A stretch of 64,000 nucleotides of DNA, taken from positions 25,792,001-25,856,000 of the forward strand of contig CM022677.1 of assembly GCA_012295275.1 (NCBI GenBank), written 5' to 3'. Position 1 is the first letter of the stretch. Each line of letters opens with the position of its first letter. A program made the translations under genes and the position numbers. Shown one piece after another: positions 48,731 through 63,299 of the stretch. Source of the DNA: Chrysomallon squamiferum. Lineage: Eukaryota > Animalia > Mollusca. Below the pieces are notes generated by a model. It was not told the origin of the DNA. It searched no databases and saw only the letters and a program-made list of their open reading frames with translations.

Positions 48731-51700
48731 CATTTATCTTCTATTAGGCATGGTAGATGTTCAAACAAGAGCTGTTTTTCAATAAATTTTGCATCACTGA
48801 ACATGAACAAATGAAATCAACTGACAGGAGAGTTGAAAAAAGATGTTTTTACTGGACATATCACATTTATTCACAACAAAACCAAGCAGATACTGATAGA
48901 TAACCAAAGAATACAAATGTGCCAAATTTGGAAACTTATCAAAAAAATTATTATATCTCAATTTCTAGCGATTCCATTAGCAAGTCACAAGCAGGGTCTA
49001 TTCTTAAAAACTCTTTCCTAAACAAAAGAAAAGAGACGAAGGAAGTACAAAAATAATTAAATATGCAAGTAACTAAGAAGACAGAAAACAGTTCTAGAGG
49101 CAACAGAGACGACAGATTCTACAAAAGCTGGTGAAAGTTTCAACTACAACAACGTATTTTAAAACTGTTAAAACTGTTTACCCCGAGAAATACAGACAGC
49201 TTCGTAGGTGTCTCAGGATCTTTCAGCTTGACCGTCGTCCAGCGTTTTGGACCGGTCAGTTCCAGGTGAGGTTTCGCTTGATCTGACGATGAGATGTCCA
49301 CTTTCAAACCATCTACTTTAGTGACCGCTGATTTTCTTTCTGAAACTGAATTAGCAACAAGTGTTACCTTAGTAACATACAGAACTGTCATGTAGATTAA
49401 CACATCAAATGTAGAACAATGGTGTAGATTACTGTATTACATAGAACTGTGGTGTAGATTATTGTATTACATAGAACTGTGGTGTAGATTAATTTATTAA
49501 ATAAAGAACAATGGCATATATTAAATATAGAACACTGGTGTAGATTAGAATGTTAAAACAGAAAATTAAATATAGATCAGTGAATTAATATTAATACAGG
49601 ACAGTGGTGTAATATTAAACATTTCAAGACAATTGTATTATTTATTAGACTTTATTAAAATAACATTTGACTGAGATAACGTTAGACAGACGTAAATACT
49701 GAGTAAAAAATAGCACATGATATAAAATGATATAAAATAACAAATTAACCTAGATGAAAATTCATTAGTAAACAATTCCTTACTATGCTCACCACTAGAC
49801 TCATCACTATTCACTACTAGACTCATCACTGTTCATTACTAAACTCACACTATTCACTACTAGACTCATCACTATTCACTACTAGACTCATCACTATTCA
49901 CTACTAGACTCATCACTATTCACCACTAGACTCATCACTATTCACTACTAGACTCATCACTGTTCATTACTAAACTCACACTATTCACTACTAGACTCAT
50001 CACTATTCACCACTAGACTCATCACTATTCACTACTAGACTCATCACTGTTCATTACTAGACTCATCACTATTCACTACTAAACTCACACTATTCACCAC
50101 TAGACTCATCACTATTCACCACTAGACTCATCACTATTCACTACTAGACTCATCACTGTTCATTACTAAACTCACACTATTCACTACTAAACTCACACTA
50201 TTCACCACTAGACTCATCACTATTCACCACTAGACTCATCACTATTCACTACTAGACTCATCACTGTTCATTACTAAACTCACACTATTCACTACTAAAC
50301 TCACACTATTCACCACTAGACTCATCACTATTCACCACTAGACTCATCACTATTCACCACTAGACTCATCACTATTCACTACTAGACTCATCACTGTTCA
50401 TTACTAAACTCACACTATTCACTACTAAACTCACACTATTCACCACTAGACTCATCACTATTCACCACTAGACTCATCACTATTCACTACTAGACTCATC
50501 ACTGTTCATTACTAAACTCACACTAGATTCATTACCAGACTCACCACTAGATTCACCGCTAGACTCATCACTAAACTCACCACAAGACTCATCACTATTC
50601 ACCACTACTCACCACCATTCATTACTAGACTCACCACTAGATTCACCACTAGACTCATCACTATTCACCACTAGACTCACCACCATTCATTACTAGACTC
50701 ACCACTAGACTCACCACTAGTCTCACCACCATTCATTACTACTAATTACTAGACTCACCACTACTCACCACCATTCATTACTAGACCCATTACTAGACTC
50801 ACCTGTAGATTCGAAACTGTCAGTGTCGTCTCTGTTCCTTGCGACACTACCTGCGTAACACAACAAATGACACATTTCAGTACACTCACACTAACTTCAC
50901 AAACAGTCTACCCTGCTACTCTTTTACTAGGTTCCCTACTGTCCAATCTTAATTAATAACAAACAGTATAAATATATTCTGTACATTTCCAAGTTTTATA
51001 TCTTTTGCTGTCCAATCTTAATTAATAACGAACTATAATAAATCGTCTAAACATATTCTGTATGGTATCAGGTTAGTTTTTATTCTGAGCTAATATCAAA
51101 GTTAACAAAACAACCAAAAAGTGCTGACATTTTTCAGTAAATCAAGTACTGACCAGTTTCTTTAAGAATTGTGAGAAAAAATGTCTGAAGTATCAAGTAA
51201 AAAAAACTAATTTTGGCCTAAAGTCCAGTTTGATAAAAAAACTGTTTATAAACAATGTGTTTGAAAACAAAGATCTCTTAGTTTAAAAAAATAGCAAATT
51301 GTATAATATGCGAGTCCTGATTGGGACGTGAAAAAACTCACAGGAAGTAATGTTTGGTTTCTTGACCAGTCCGAGGACGTCCAGTAAAGAGGCGCCCGGT
51401 TTCTTTCTGGGGTCACTGACCTCTTCTTCTAAATAATAACACAATTCAGAGGCTATTAAACAAACAAACACAACTAATAAATAAAACTGTAGTAACAAAT
51501 GTAACTGAAAAATGTGTAGATGACAGTGTGTGTGAGTGTGTGTGTGTATTAATTTTTTTTAAACTAAAATTACAGTAGAGATGAAGAATTAAAGACTGTG
51601 TGTGTGTGTGTGTGTCTGTCTGTCTGTCTGTGTGTGTTACAGGTGATGAAATATTTAAAATTACCTCGTTCTTCTCTAGGAATCACTTCGGGCTTTTCTT

Positions 51701-54700
51701 TGTAACATGAACGTTTTGAACAACCAACCAGATGATTTGCTGAAAACATTAAAACAGTTTTTACAAGTCAGAACAGACTAACAGACAAATTAACAGACAA
51801 CTGAACAAACGTCAGAACAATCTACAAATTAACAGACAACTGAACAAACGTCAGAACAGTCTACAAATTTTCCACAGTCAGTGAGTGCAGCTCATAACAG
51901 TCATTTGTAAAATTCAGAAACACTGAATAAATCAGTGAAACTGTGTTTACATTTGTCAGAATGTTTTTAACTGATTCATTGGAAAGTAAAATCACAGGTA
52001 ATACTGCTCGCAGGATTAAAATAATTTTAATATTGTTATAAAGAGACAAAACAGACCTTAAAATGATTTAAAACAATACAACACGTCTTCACTTAAAACA
52101 ATTTAATAGTCATTATTATAAACAGTAATTTAGTTTAACTACTAAAAATAAAAACAATTTAACACTTTCTAATCACATGATAACATGCTCGTAACAAAAA
52201 TTAACAACAAACGACTGTCTGATATAACAAGAATAAAAATGAACAAATTTCTCTGCTGTTTAAACAAACAAATTTTAAAAAGGTGTATTAAAAAGAACAG
52301 AGTGTATTGTAAGTATAATAAAAGAACGGTTTTAAAATCAAACCTATTTTGTTTCCATATTTGCTGCCGAATCCACACAGACAGTACATCACTCCGGTGG
52401 GAGACTGGCGCTCTCTCGGAATGTTCAGAGCGAGGCTTGTCATCTGACCCGAGTGAAATCCCATCATGTGATTAGCATACGCGAAACTGCAGCTTGTTGC
52501 AAACCGACACATGGAACACTGGATGTACTTCCTGTACGAGACAAAGGTGTTTTTAATACATACGTACATACATACATACGTACATACATACATACACACA
52601 TACATGGAACACTGAATGTACTTCCTGTACGAGACAAAGGTGTTTTTAATACATACATACATACATACATACGTACATACATACATACACACATACATGG
52701 AACACTGAATGTACTTCCTGTACGAGACAAAGTTGTTTTTAATACATACGTACATACATACATACATACGTACATACATACATACACACATACATGGAAC
52801 ACTGAATGTACTTCCTGTACGAGACAAAGGTGTTTTTAATACATACATACATACATACATACACACATACATGGAACACTGAATGTACTTCCTGTACGAG
52901 ACAAAGTTGTTTTTAATACATACATACATACATACACACATACATACATACATACATACATACACACACATATACATACATACATACATACATACACACA
53001 TGGAACACTGAATGTACTTCCTGTAAGAGACAAATTTGTTTTTAATACGAACATACATACATACATCCACACATACACACATACATACATACACACATAG
53101 AACACTGAATGTACTTCCTGTAAGAGACAAATTTGTTTTTAATACGAACATACATACATACATACATACATACATCTCAGTGAACTTACTTGTAGTGGTC
53201 CTGTGTTTTCATCAGCATCTTGCACTCAAAACAGAACTACATCTGAGTGAACTTACTTGTAGTGGTCCTGTGTTTACAACATCTCAGTGAACTTACTTGT
53301 AGTGGTCCTGTGTTTACAACATCTCAGTGAACTTACTTGTAGTGGTCCTGTGTTTACAACATCTCAGTGAACTTACTTGTAGTGGTCCTGTGTTTACAAC
53401 ATCTCAGTGAACTTACTTGTAGTGGTCCTGTGTTTACAACATCTCAGTGAACTTACTTGTAGTGGTCCTGTGTTTACATCAGCATCTTGCACTCAAAACA
53501 GAACTACATCTGAGTGAACTTACTTGTAGTGGTCCTGTGTTTACTACATCTCAGTGAACTTACTTGTAGTGGTCCTGTGTTTACAACATCTCAGTGAACT
53601 TACTTGTAGTGGTCCTGTGTTTACAACATCTCAGTGAACTTACTTGTAGTGGTCCTGTGTTTACTACATCTCAGTGAACTTACTTGTAGTGGTCCTGTGT
53701 TTTCATCAGCATCTTGCACTCAAAACAGAACTACATCTCAATGAACTTACTTGTAGTGGTCCTGTGTTTACAACATCTCAGTGAACTTACTTGTAGTGGT
53801 CCTGTGTTTACAACATCTCAGTGAACTTACTTGTAGTGGTCCTGTGTTTACATCAGCATCTTGCACTCAAAACAGAACTACATCTGAGTGAACTTACTTG
53901 TAGTGGTCCTGTGTTTACTACATCTCAGTGAACTTACTTGTAGTGGTCCTGTGTTTACAACATCTCAGTGAACTTACTTGTAGTGGTCCTGTGTTTACAA
54001 CATCTCAGTGAACTTACTTGTAGTGGTCCTGTGTTTACTACATCTCAGTGAACTTACTTGTAGTGGTCCTGTGTTTTCATCAGCATCTTGCACTCAAAAC
54101 AGAACTACATCTCAATGAACTTACTTGTAGTGGTCCTGTGTTTACAACATCTCAGTGAACTTACTTGTAGTGGTCCTGTGTTTACAACATCTCAGTGAAC
54201 TTACTTGTAGTGGTCCTGTGTTTTCATCAGCATCTTGCACTCAAAACAGAACTACATCTCAGTGAACTTACTTATAGTGGTCCTGTGTTTACAACATCTC
54301 AGTGAACTTACTTGTAGTGGTCCTGTGTTTTCATCAGCATCTTGCACTCAAAACAGAACTACATCTCAGTGAACTTACTTATAGTGGTCCTGTGTTTACA
54401 ACATCTCAGTGAACTTACTTGTAGTGGTCCTGTGTTTTCATCAGCATCTTGCACTCAAAACAGAACTACATCTGAGTGAACTTACTTGTAGTGGTCCTGT
54501 GTTTACAACATCTCAGTGAACTTACTTGTAGTGGTCCTGTGTTTACAACATCTCAGTGAACTTACTTGTAGTGGTCCTGTGTTTACAACATCTCAGTGAA
54601 CTTACTTGTAGTGGTCCTGTGTTTACAACATCTCAGTGAACTTACTTGTAGTGGTCCTGTGTTTACAACATCTCAGTGAACTTACTTGTAGTGGTCCTGT

Positions 54701-56091
54701 GTTTACATCAGCATCTTGCACTCAAAACAGAACTACATCTGAGTGAACTTACTTGTAGTGGTCCTGTGTTTACAACATCTCAGTGAACTTACTTGTAGTG
54801 GTCCTGTGTTTACAACATCTCAGTGAACTTACTTGTAGTGGTCCTGTGTTTACAACATCTCAGTGAACTTACTTGTAGTGGTCCTGTGTTTACAACATCT
54901 CAGTGAACTTACTTGTAGTGGTCCTGTGTTTACAACATCTCAGTGAACTTACTTGTAGTGGTCCTGTGTTTACTACATCTCAGTGAACTTACTTGTAGTG
55001 GTCCTGTGTTTTCATCAGCATCTTGCACTCAAAACAGAACTACATCTCAATGAACTTACTTGTAGTGGTCCTGTGTTTTCATCAGCATCTTGCACTCAAA
55101 ACAGAACATCTCATTGACTGACTCTGGAAACACCAAACCTCGATGTTCCTTCACCTTGGAAACGGCCGGTGCGTTCAGAGACTTGATTCCACTGTTGTTC
55201 TTCGGTTCAAGTCCAGCTTCCGGAACCCGAATCATCACCTGGTCAGGTGTCATGTACTTCGAGTTTATACCTGTAAGACAACAGAAATTAATTAAGTGAA
55301 GATTGCCAAAAATATTAGTTGCACAATATAATTACCAAAAGGAAAATGTTTGTAGTGAGTATATGTGTGTAGGGTGGTTTGTGTGTGCTTGTTTTAAAAT
55401 AATAAAGTATTTAACAAAGAATAGATACCTGTTATTCCTTTCTTTATATACAAAGCAGTAAAGTAAACAACAAAGTATAGACAGTTATAACTACAATAAA
55501 GCTACTTGTAACAATTTTCTGACTCTGAAAGAACCATGACAGTATGTGACCAACTCTGAAACTAATTTTTTTTATATAAACTAATCTGAATATTAAATAA
55601 ATTTTTGTTTATAAAATAATAAAGTATTTAACAAAAACAGGATATCTACAGCTTCTTTCTGATTTGTGTATATAAAATAATAAAGTTTTTAACAAACTAT
55701 AGGCACCTATAACTCCTTTCTGAGTTTCATATATAAATAATAAAGTATATAACAAAGTATAGACACCTATAACTCCTTTCTGATTTGGTGCGTGGTCTTT
55801 CTTCTTGTGACTTTTGACGTCTGCTGCATTGAAGAAAGTCAGTTTACACAGAGAACACTTTTTGGCGTTTGTCTTCGACTGGTGTCGTAGTAGATGATGG
55901 TAGTAGTTCTGGGTCATGCCCCACCCCTGAGCCACGAACTTGACATGGAAAACTCGCAGACAATACAGACACAGCAGATTCTCCGAGCTGTCGTGTTTCT
56001 ATAGAAACCAAATTTTTATTAATAAACACAACAAGAGGCATTTAAAAACATCAAACTATTGTGTTTAATTTACATCAGAAACAGAAGATAC

Positions 56092-56157
<66 letters not shown>

Positions 56158-59100
56158 GTATGTAGATATTGTTATATGTAATTTTAGGAATCAAAGTCAC
56201 ATGTAGCTTTAAAAACACTGACTTTGTGTTCCAAATTTCAAATTCATCTTGTTTCAATATGGCTATAAACACAAGAAAATTCAATGTAACAAAAAGAGAA
56301 CAGAAATTTATGAAACAAATTCAGACATCAGTTTTTAAAATGAGAAAACATGTTCCTCTAAATCAAAAAAAATTACAGGTTTTTTTCAAGTTTGAAGAAG
56401 TCTATAAAGATGTTAAAATTTTACTTTTTGAAAGGGATAATAAAGATATTTAAATTTTACTTTTTTGAAGAGAATACTTAAATTTTACTTTTTGGAAGAG
56501 AATATTTAAATTTTACTTTTTTTAAGTAATAGAACAAGATAATTAAATTTTATGTTTTTGAAACTGATAATAAAGATAATTTAATTTTATTTTTTAAGTG
56601 ATAGATTGAGATAACTAAATTCTATTTTTTTTAAACTGATAATAAAGATAATTAAATTTTATGTTCTTAAAACTGATAACAAAGATAACTAAATTTTACT
56701 TTTTTGAAGTGGTCAACGACGTCGCTGTACATGGAGGATCTGAAGTGACAGACGTGGCAGATGTAGGGCATCTCGCAGGCGTTGTGAAACTGTCTCATGT
56801 GACTCGTCAGCGAGCCGCGACTGTCGTGGTCCTTCTCACAGATACGACACATCAACACACTGGCATTGCTCATGTGTACCTGTAATATATACACGTGTAG
56901 TCTGTGTAGTCTGTGTGTCATGTGTGAGTGTGTTTGTGTGTGTCTGTAATACATACACATGTAGTCTGTGTGTGTGTGTGTGTTTGTGTGTGTGTGAGTG
57001 TGTGTCTGTAATACATACACATGTAGTCTGTGTGTGTGTGTTTGTGTATACATATACAGTCTGTGTGTCGTGTGTGTGTGTGTATGTGTGTGTGTAATGC
57101 AGTCTGTGTGGTGTGTGTGTGTGTGTTATTACCTTCTCTATGTGTGTCTGCATCTCAAAGGGTGTGTCAAACTGCTTGTAGCAGTGCCTGCACTGGGTGA
57201 GGTCGGTCAGGTCGAGGTTCTGCTGTTTCTCACTGTCAATGTGTCCCTGCATGTGAGTCATCGTCCTCACGTTGTTGTACAGCATCTTCGAGCAGTACCA
57301 GCACTGAAACATCAACACAGAACATGACTACTACACCAACACAGAACATGACTACTACATCAACACAAAACATGACTACAACACTGAAACATCAACACAG
57401 AATATGACTACTACACCAACACAAAACATGACTACAACATCAACACAAAACATGACTACAACACTGAAACATCAACACAAAACAAGACTACAACACTGAA
57501 TACTCAACACAGAACATGACTACAACATCAACACAGAACATGACTACAACACCATCCCAAAACATGACTACAACACCAACACAAAACATGACTACAACAC
57601 TGAATACTCAACACAAAACATGACTACAACACCAACACAAAACATGATACAACACCAACACAAAACATGACTACAACACCAACACAAAACATGACTACAA
57701 CACTTAAACATCAACATAAAACACAGCTATAATCTGTACCTTGAATCTGAATTCTCTTAACAATAAAACGATTTCAAAAATAACTTGCTTAACAGTAACT
57801 AAGAATACACCTGAAAATCTGTATTCTCTTTAACAAGATATTAATTCATGAAAACTCGGTAATAAAAAGGAAATGTTATCAAGTGTAACAGTGATGTTAA
57901 TTATTAAAGTAAATGAAAATAAAACAGCAGAATTTACCTTGAACCTGAATTCTCCTTTGTCATCTCTGTATGTTGGATCTCCTTCTTTCTTGCCATAGTA
58001 ATACTCATCTAGCGGTACGAGTGTACCTGTAACCAAACACACAAATGTATCTTTTCTTGTATCTTATTTACACATTCTTGTCAGATAGACTGGAAAAGAT
58101 GCAGGTTTTGAACTGTTCAGTGTAACATACCGCAGCAGAAACAGGCAAGAAGGAATGTGGTAAAAATATAAATTTTCATATTTAAAATTTCATCTTAATT
58201 TGGTGACAGAGAGATTTGAATTTTCACGCATTTTCAGAAATGTGTCAGTTTGAGTGGCCCGGCCAAAAACATCATCAACAGACTCGGTACATGCATGTGT
58301 ATGTATGTAGATGTTTGTGTGCGTGTGTGTGTGTGTGTTTGTTGGTCTGTATGTATGTGGGGGGGATGTGTATCGGGTTTGTGTGTTTGTGTGTGTGTGT
58401 TGGTGAACATAAGAAAATACCTGACGTCTCCTGTTCACTTTTTCTGGTATCTTTCTTCTTCTTGCTGGGTGAGATGAAGTCTGCGTAGCTGTCGCTGAAG
58501 ACAGCTGATCTCTTCAACAGAGCGTTGTCAGCGAAGTCTGCAAACAACAAAGTGTTATTTAACACTAAACAATCTGTCTACTGCTGATTGGTAAAGATTT
58601 ATACGTTATAGCTGGTTAGTAATCAAATACTACAGTCTGTGTTGTACCACCAGTGGGAAGGTTTATATGTTATTGCTGATTAGTAATCAAATACTACAGT
58701 ATGTGTTTTGCTACCAATGGGAAGGTTTATACATTATATCTCGTTAGTACTCAAATACTACAGTATGTGTTTTGCTACCAATGGGAAGGTTTATACATTA
58801 TATCTCGTTAGTACTCAAATACTACAGTATGTGTTTTGCCACCAGTGGGAAGGTTTATATGTTATTGCCGATTAGAAATCAAAATATTACAGTACATGTT
58901 TATATACTGAAAGGAGTTTTCTCACTGTTAGAGTATAGAATTAAAAATATTTAATAATCTGTTATTATGTGTTATGAGGAAAGTTTTAATAAAAAAAGGT
59001 TTCACCTGTTTTCTGAATGTCTTGAACAACAGTTGCCTTCTGCTGTGGCTGAAAAAAAAAAAAAACACAGCTGATTATAACATTAAAAAAAAAAAAAAAA

Positions 59101-60307
59101 AACAGCTGATTATAACATTAAAAAAAACAGAAAACAAATCACAGCTGATTATAAAATAAAAAAGAAAGAAAAAAGCTAATTAATGATTTAAAAAAACAGC
59201 TGATCTGTAATGAAAAAACAAAACTGAGTAACAAGGAATAAAAACAATTACAGTAGTTGTACACAGAAAAAAACAAAACAAAACAAAAACAAGTGAGATT
59301 AAAAAAAAAAATTAACTTTTACTCCTATCAAATACATTTCCGTTTTTAAAATAATTTATCATCATCATCATGAGGCAAAAATATAAATTTTCGTCAGAAT
59401 TATGAAAATCTACAAAGTAGTAGAGGTTGATTTTTTTAGTTACCATGACAGACATGAGAGGTCGGATGAGCCACTGGTTGGACAGGGGCTGACCCTGCAG
59501 GTTAACGAACTTGTACACCTGTTGAGGAACTGGGGCTGCAGACATCACTGGAGTCAACACCGTGGAGCCTTCTCCTGCAACGACAACATCACTTAACAAA
59601 CAGTTTATATAAGTGTGTGCATGTGTGTGTGTGTTTCTGTGTCTGTCTGTGTCTCTCTTTCTCTGTTAATTCTCTGGCAGCAGAAGTTAATAATAAACAG
59701 GCTGAAATGTTTTTAGTAAAACCCAGAACTAAATCTACATCTTTTTTTTTTCATTATTTGCGAATCAAGAACTTCAGTCAACTGATACACCAACAGGCTA
59801 GAATTTTTACATTTTAAACCATTTATTTCAGCTGTGAACTCTATAAACTATACAAAAATTATTTTTTTAACCACTCACTTTATCCAGTTTTTGAAACTAT
59901 TTTGTTTTAATATCTGACCATGATTCCTTTTATAAAAAAAAATAAATAAATAAAAACAAAATTTAAATAAAATATTAGTTTCATAATTAAAACGAGCGTC
60001 ACTAATACAAGAAACATCACAAACACTACAACACACCTGACACGGCAGCCATTTGTTTTCTTTCTGCCTCGGCCGCTCTGACCGCAGCCTCAGCCTCTGC
60101 AGCAGCCTGCAGCTGGATTGGCAGCCTCCCCGCCTTGGCATCGGCGACAAGCCTGACAGCGTTGTCGTACTCCTGCTTCTCTCGCCTGTATGACTCCACC
60201 TGACACGTGGACAACGGCTCCTCGCTGCACTCCATCGACAACTCCAACGTCGTGTCAAACCGCAGCCGCAAACCATGGTGATGTCCTCGGTGACCTCGCT
60301 TAACCAT
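44625..60307 (-). CDS. POGZ: Gene E: POGZ/ZNF280-family C2H2 zinc-finger chromatin protein (POGZ-like), no recognisable pogo transposase domain, long acidic and RD/RG-rich C-terminus (~1,620 aa if the frameshifts are errors)
   Basis: 17 phase-consistent exons: 60307-60037, 59574-59444, 59048-59006, 58537-58421, 58026-57938, 57303-57133, 56879-56700, 55998-55767, 55270-55060, 52531-52344, 51739-51665, 51428-51342, 50850-50803, 49345-49182, 48244-45947 (3 frame breaks), 45638-45220, 44769-44625. Motifs recognised from memory of POGZ/ZNF280: [102 protein letters not shown]. Confidence 0.88.
49790..50802 (-). repeat. 11/22-nt minisatellite abutting and derived from a GTGAGT donor
   Basis: Units TAGACTCA(T/C)CACTATTCACYAC on +, running up to ACTAGACTCAC|CTG at 50802. 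Confidence 0.9.
52532..53172 (-). repeat. Tandem copies (77-129 nt) of acceptor plus exon start, interleaved with (TATG)n
   Basis: Six copies of GTCTC(G/T)TACAG|GAAGTACATTCAGTGTTC with exon starts at 52624, 52717, 52814, 52891, 53020 and 53117; the real start is 52531. Confidence 0.95.
53173..55059 (-). repeat. Minisatellite of 40-nt and 67-nt units, each a copy of the exon end plus GTAAGT donor
   Basis: Counted 40 copies of GACCACTAYAA|GTAAGTTCA in addition to the real donor at 55059; about 10 are long units carrying the TTCTGTTTTGAGTGCAAGATGCTGATG exon sequence. Confidence 0.95.
57304..57720 (-). repeat. Minisatellite abutting the acceptor of exon 57303-57133
   Basis: CACTGAAACATCAACACARAACATGACTACAA units on +; several retain TTTCAG|TG on the minus strand. 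Confidence 0.9.
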
Positions 60308-61270
60308 CTGTGCAGAGAGAAAACACAAATTTGTTTGTTCGTGTTTTAAAACATTTGTGTTAAAATAGTCTGTTTTAAAACATTTGTGTCAAAATATTCT
60401 GTTATAAAATATTTATTCTTTGTCTTGAGATATTTTGTTTTAAAATATTCTTTTGTCTTGAGATATTCTGTTTATACAACAAAAATTCAAACTGTGCATG
60501 TACCTGGACATGTATACAAGTATGTGTATGTACATACGAGTGACCACATCTACATAAAATATAAACATATTCAAAATACTGGATCACATTTTGTTTCTTT
60601 ATTAAGGCTTTGACAATGTGACAGTCCCTTTGTCCACCCACTGAATTACAAATAGTGTAATGTGCAGTTTTAAGAAAAAATCAGTCAGTGATTTAGACTA
60701 ACCTAAGTTAACCAGTGTTTTGTCCACAAGACCTGATCACAGATACACAACAAGAAGACAAACACTGTGTACTAGAATACATTTCAGATAAACACTGTTT
60801 AAAGACTGAACAAATTAACTCTGTATTTCTGGTTCAATCTAGGTTAATAGTACACTTTTTTCTTTTTTTTCTGTTTCGTTTACTACAAAATTTATCTAAT
60901 TTATCAAGTTTCATTAAAAAAAAAATTCAGCTATCATTTCAAAGTAGCTTCATGCATCTTCTCAACGTCAGAAAGAGTTGTCTCCCTTGTCTGTCAAATG
61001 TTGCTGCCAGTCAGTGACATCTAGACACCAGCAGATTTTTTACTTCTTTTTTATTAGTTACACAAAAAAAAATAGTCTTTCAACTGACAAAACACAATCC
61101 AGAAAATTTGCACACAAAAAATTTTCATTACTGAAACCAGTTGCCTAATTTAATCATCAGACAGAAACAAGCAGATCATAACATGAGTCTTTCAAAACAA
61201 TCATTTTATTGTGAATTGCATAAAGCATAAATAGTGTCCGAGTCTGAATGTCAGTCAGACTACACAAGGC

Positions 61271-61403
<133 letters not shown>

Positions 61404-63299
61404 TACGCATGTACTGTTAAGCTTGAAAAATTCAAACTTCAGTTTGTCAACAACTTCAGTCAACTGAACTGAAAATCTGGTCCCATCCAGGCTGAGCTCT
61501 ACATAAATTAGTAATAATTACATTCAAACATTCAAATGTGAGCAAGTCAAAAACCTCCATTTCTCAGTCATTTATTCACATGATTTAACAGAAATTAGCC
61601 AGCGAAAACTCAAAAATGCTGAAATGGTCTAAAGGTATGTTTAAAAAAGGTACACACTCCAATCAATTTTGAAACAGTTAAAATGCTAGAGATGAAAATA
61701 TCCGATATAATAGTTTTACTTACAACAGCTGATGGATTCACCAGAAGCTGTGTGTAGCAGGCTGGATAAATGTAAGAAAAGAAATGGAATACTGTTTGAA
61801 AAGTTTTGTGATGAAGAAAGGATCACTGACACAAAACTGATTCTTCAGAAATAAGATGAAAATAAAACTGATTCTTCAGAAATAAGATGAAAATGAAACA
61901 GGAATAGTTTAAAACAACAGAAAGTAGATGTGTCATTGTGACTACCAACAAATCAGACACTGACAGACTACTCTAACTGTCATAGGAAAGTCAGAAAAAC
62001 CACATTGTTTAATAATATTATAACACTGCCCAGCCATTGCCTAACAAACAAAAAGACCTGATAACATCAGATACTTTCACAAACTGGGTGAAAAAGTTTG
62101 ACATGTAAATGACTTGTAAAACAACATTGTTCTATCAGTTGATTATGTAGCTTCCCCAACCAACCCCAAAATAACTGATTTTTCTGCCCCTAATACTAAA
62201 ACATTTAGAGGTAAACCCTTTCTGACAACAACTGTAAAAATCTAACTAGTGACTGGAAATCAGTCAGGATTTAAAGGTCAGCTTCAGAAAGCGTGTAACT
62301 ACAAGTTATATTTTCACAGTTGATGTGATAAAAGATTTATCTCAAAATTTTAAATCTAATTCATGGCTTTTTGTGAAAGCAACAACAACATTCTAAATAT
62401 TTGCACTGTGCATCTATTAAATCTTAAAAGCAGGCTTATTACATACAGGAAAGTTTGGAAATCTGAAAAATACCTGAACTTGGTATTTGTTTCCAGTTTT
62501 GTTTCAGTTCCTGCTTTCTATAATGTTGGTACATATACATAAGGTCTGATTTTTGCTGTTTTACATATTAATAAATGTGTGTGTGTGTGTTTACATTTTG
62601 AGTTGTTGTGTTTATCCGGTAAAATATGTACAATCTCACTGACAGCCATGATAAAAATAAAAAATTGTTTTGGTTTCTGTCAGTCTGCCTCCATGCCCTA
62701 ATTTCTAATTAATTGTGCCCTTCATAAATTAAAACTGTAAGCCTGTATAATGTTTTATATATACAACATGTTTTAGCATTACAATTTTAACTTCTGCACA
62801 TGTTCTCATTAATTTACAATTTAAATTTTGAAAACCAGTTTTACTGAATATTTTGCTGTTTGCTAGAAATTTAAAAAGATCAAATAAAACAGTCTCAACT
62901 CAGTTTTGCTTGTTGTTGACAGTCAATGATTCATTATATAAATTCAAAAAACAATAGTTTTATAAATTAAAGTCCATTGTCTTTAACTTAAATACGTATT
63001 TATATTATATAATTATTTTATTTGTTGATTATAATCTGTTTGTTAATTGAAAATAAGTGTAAACAATTACAAACGCAATGAAACGTGTTTATGTTTTGAT
63101 TCAGCGGACGGAAATTATTACCACGGGAGATAACTCTCTTCAATAACTTGGATAAAATTTGGTACTGGAATTTTAAATAAATGCATTTATCATGGAATCT
63201 ATTTTATTTAGGCCGTTGACTAATAGTACGGCTTAAGTAACAGTATTTTCCTCTACTGTAATTTTATGTTCATAAAAATATCCAGTTCATTTAATAAAG

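Noticed and set aside
53173-55059. CRISPR-like regular repeat array
   Set aside because: No unique spacers, no cas genes, eukaryotic intron; the unit is a copy of the adjacent exon/donor.
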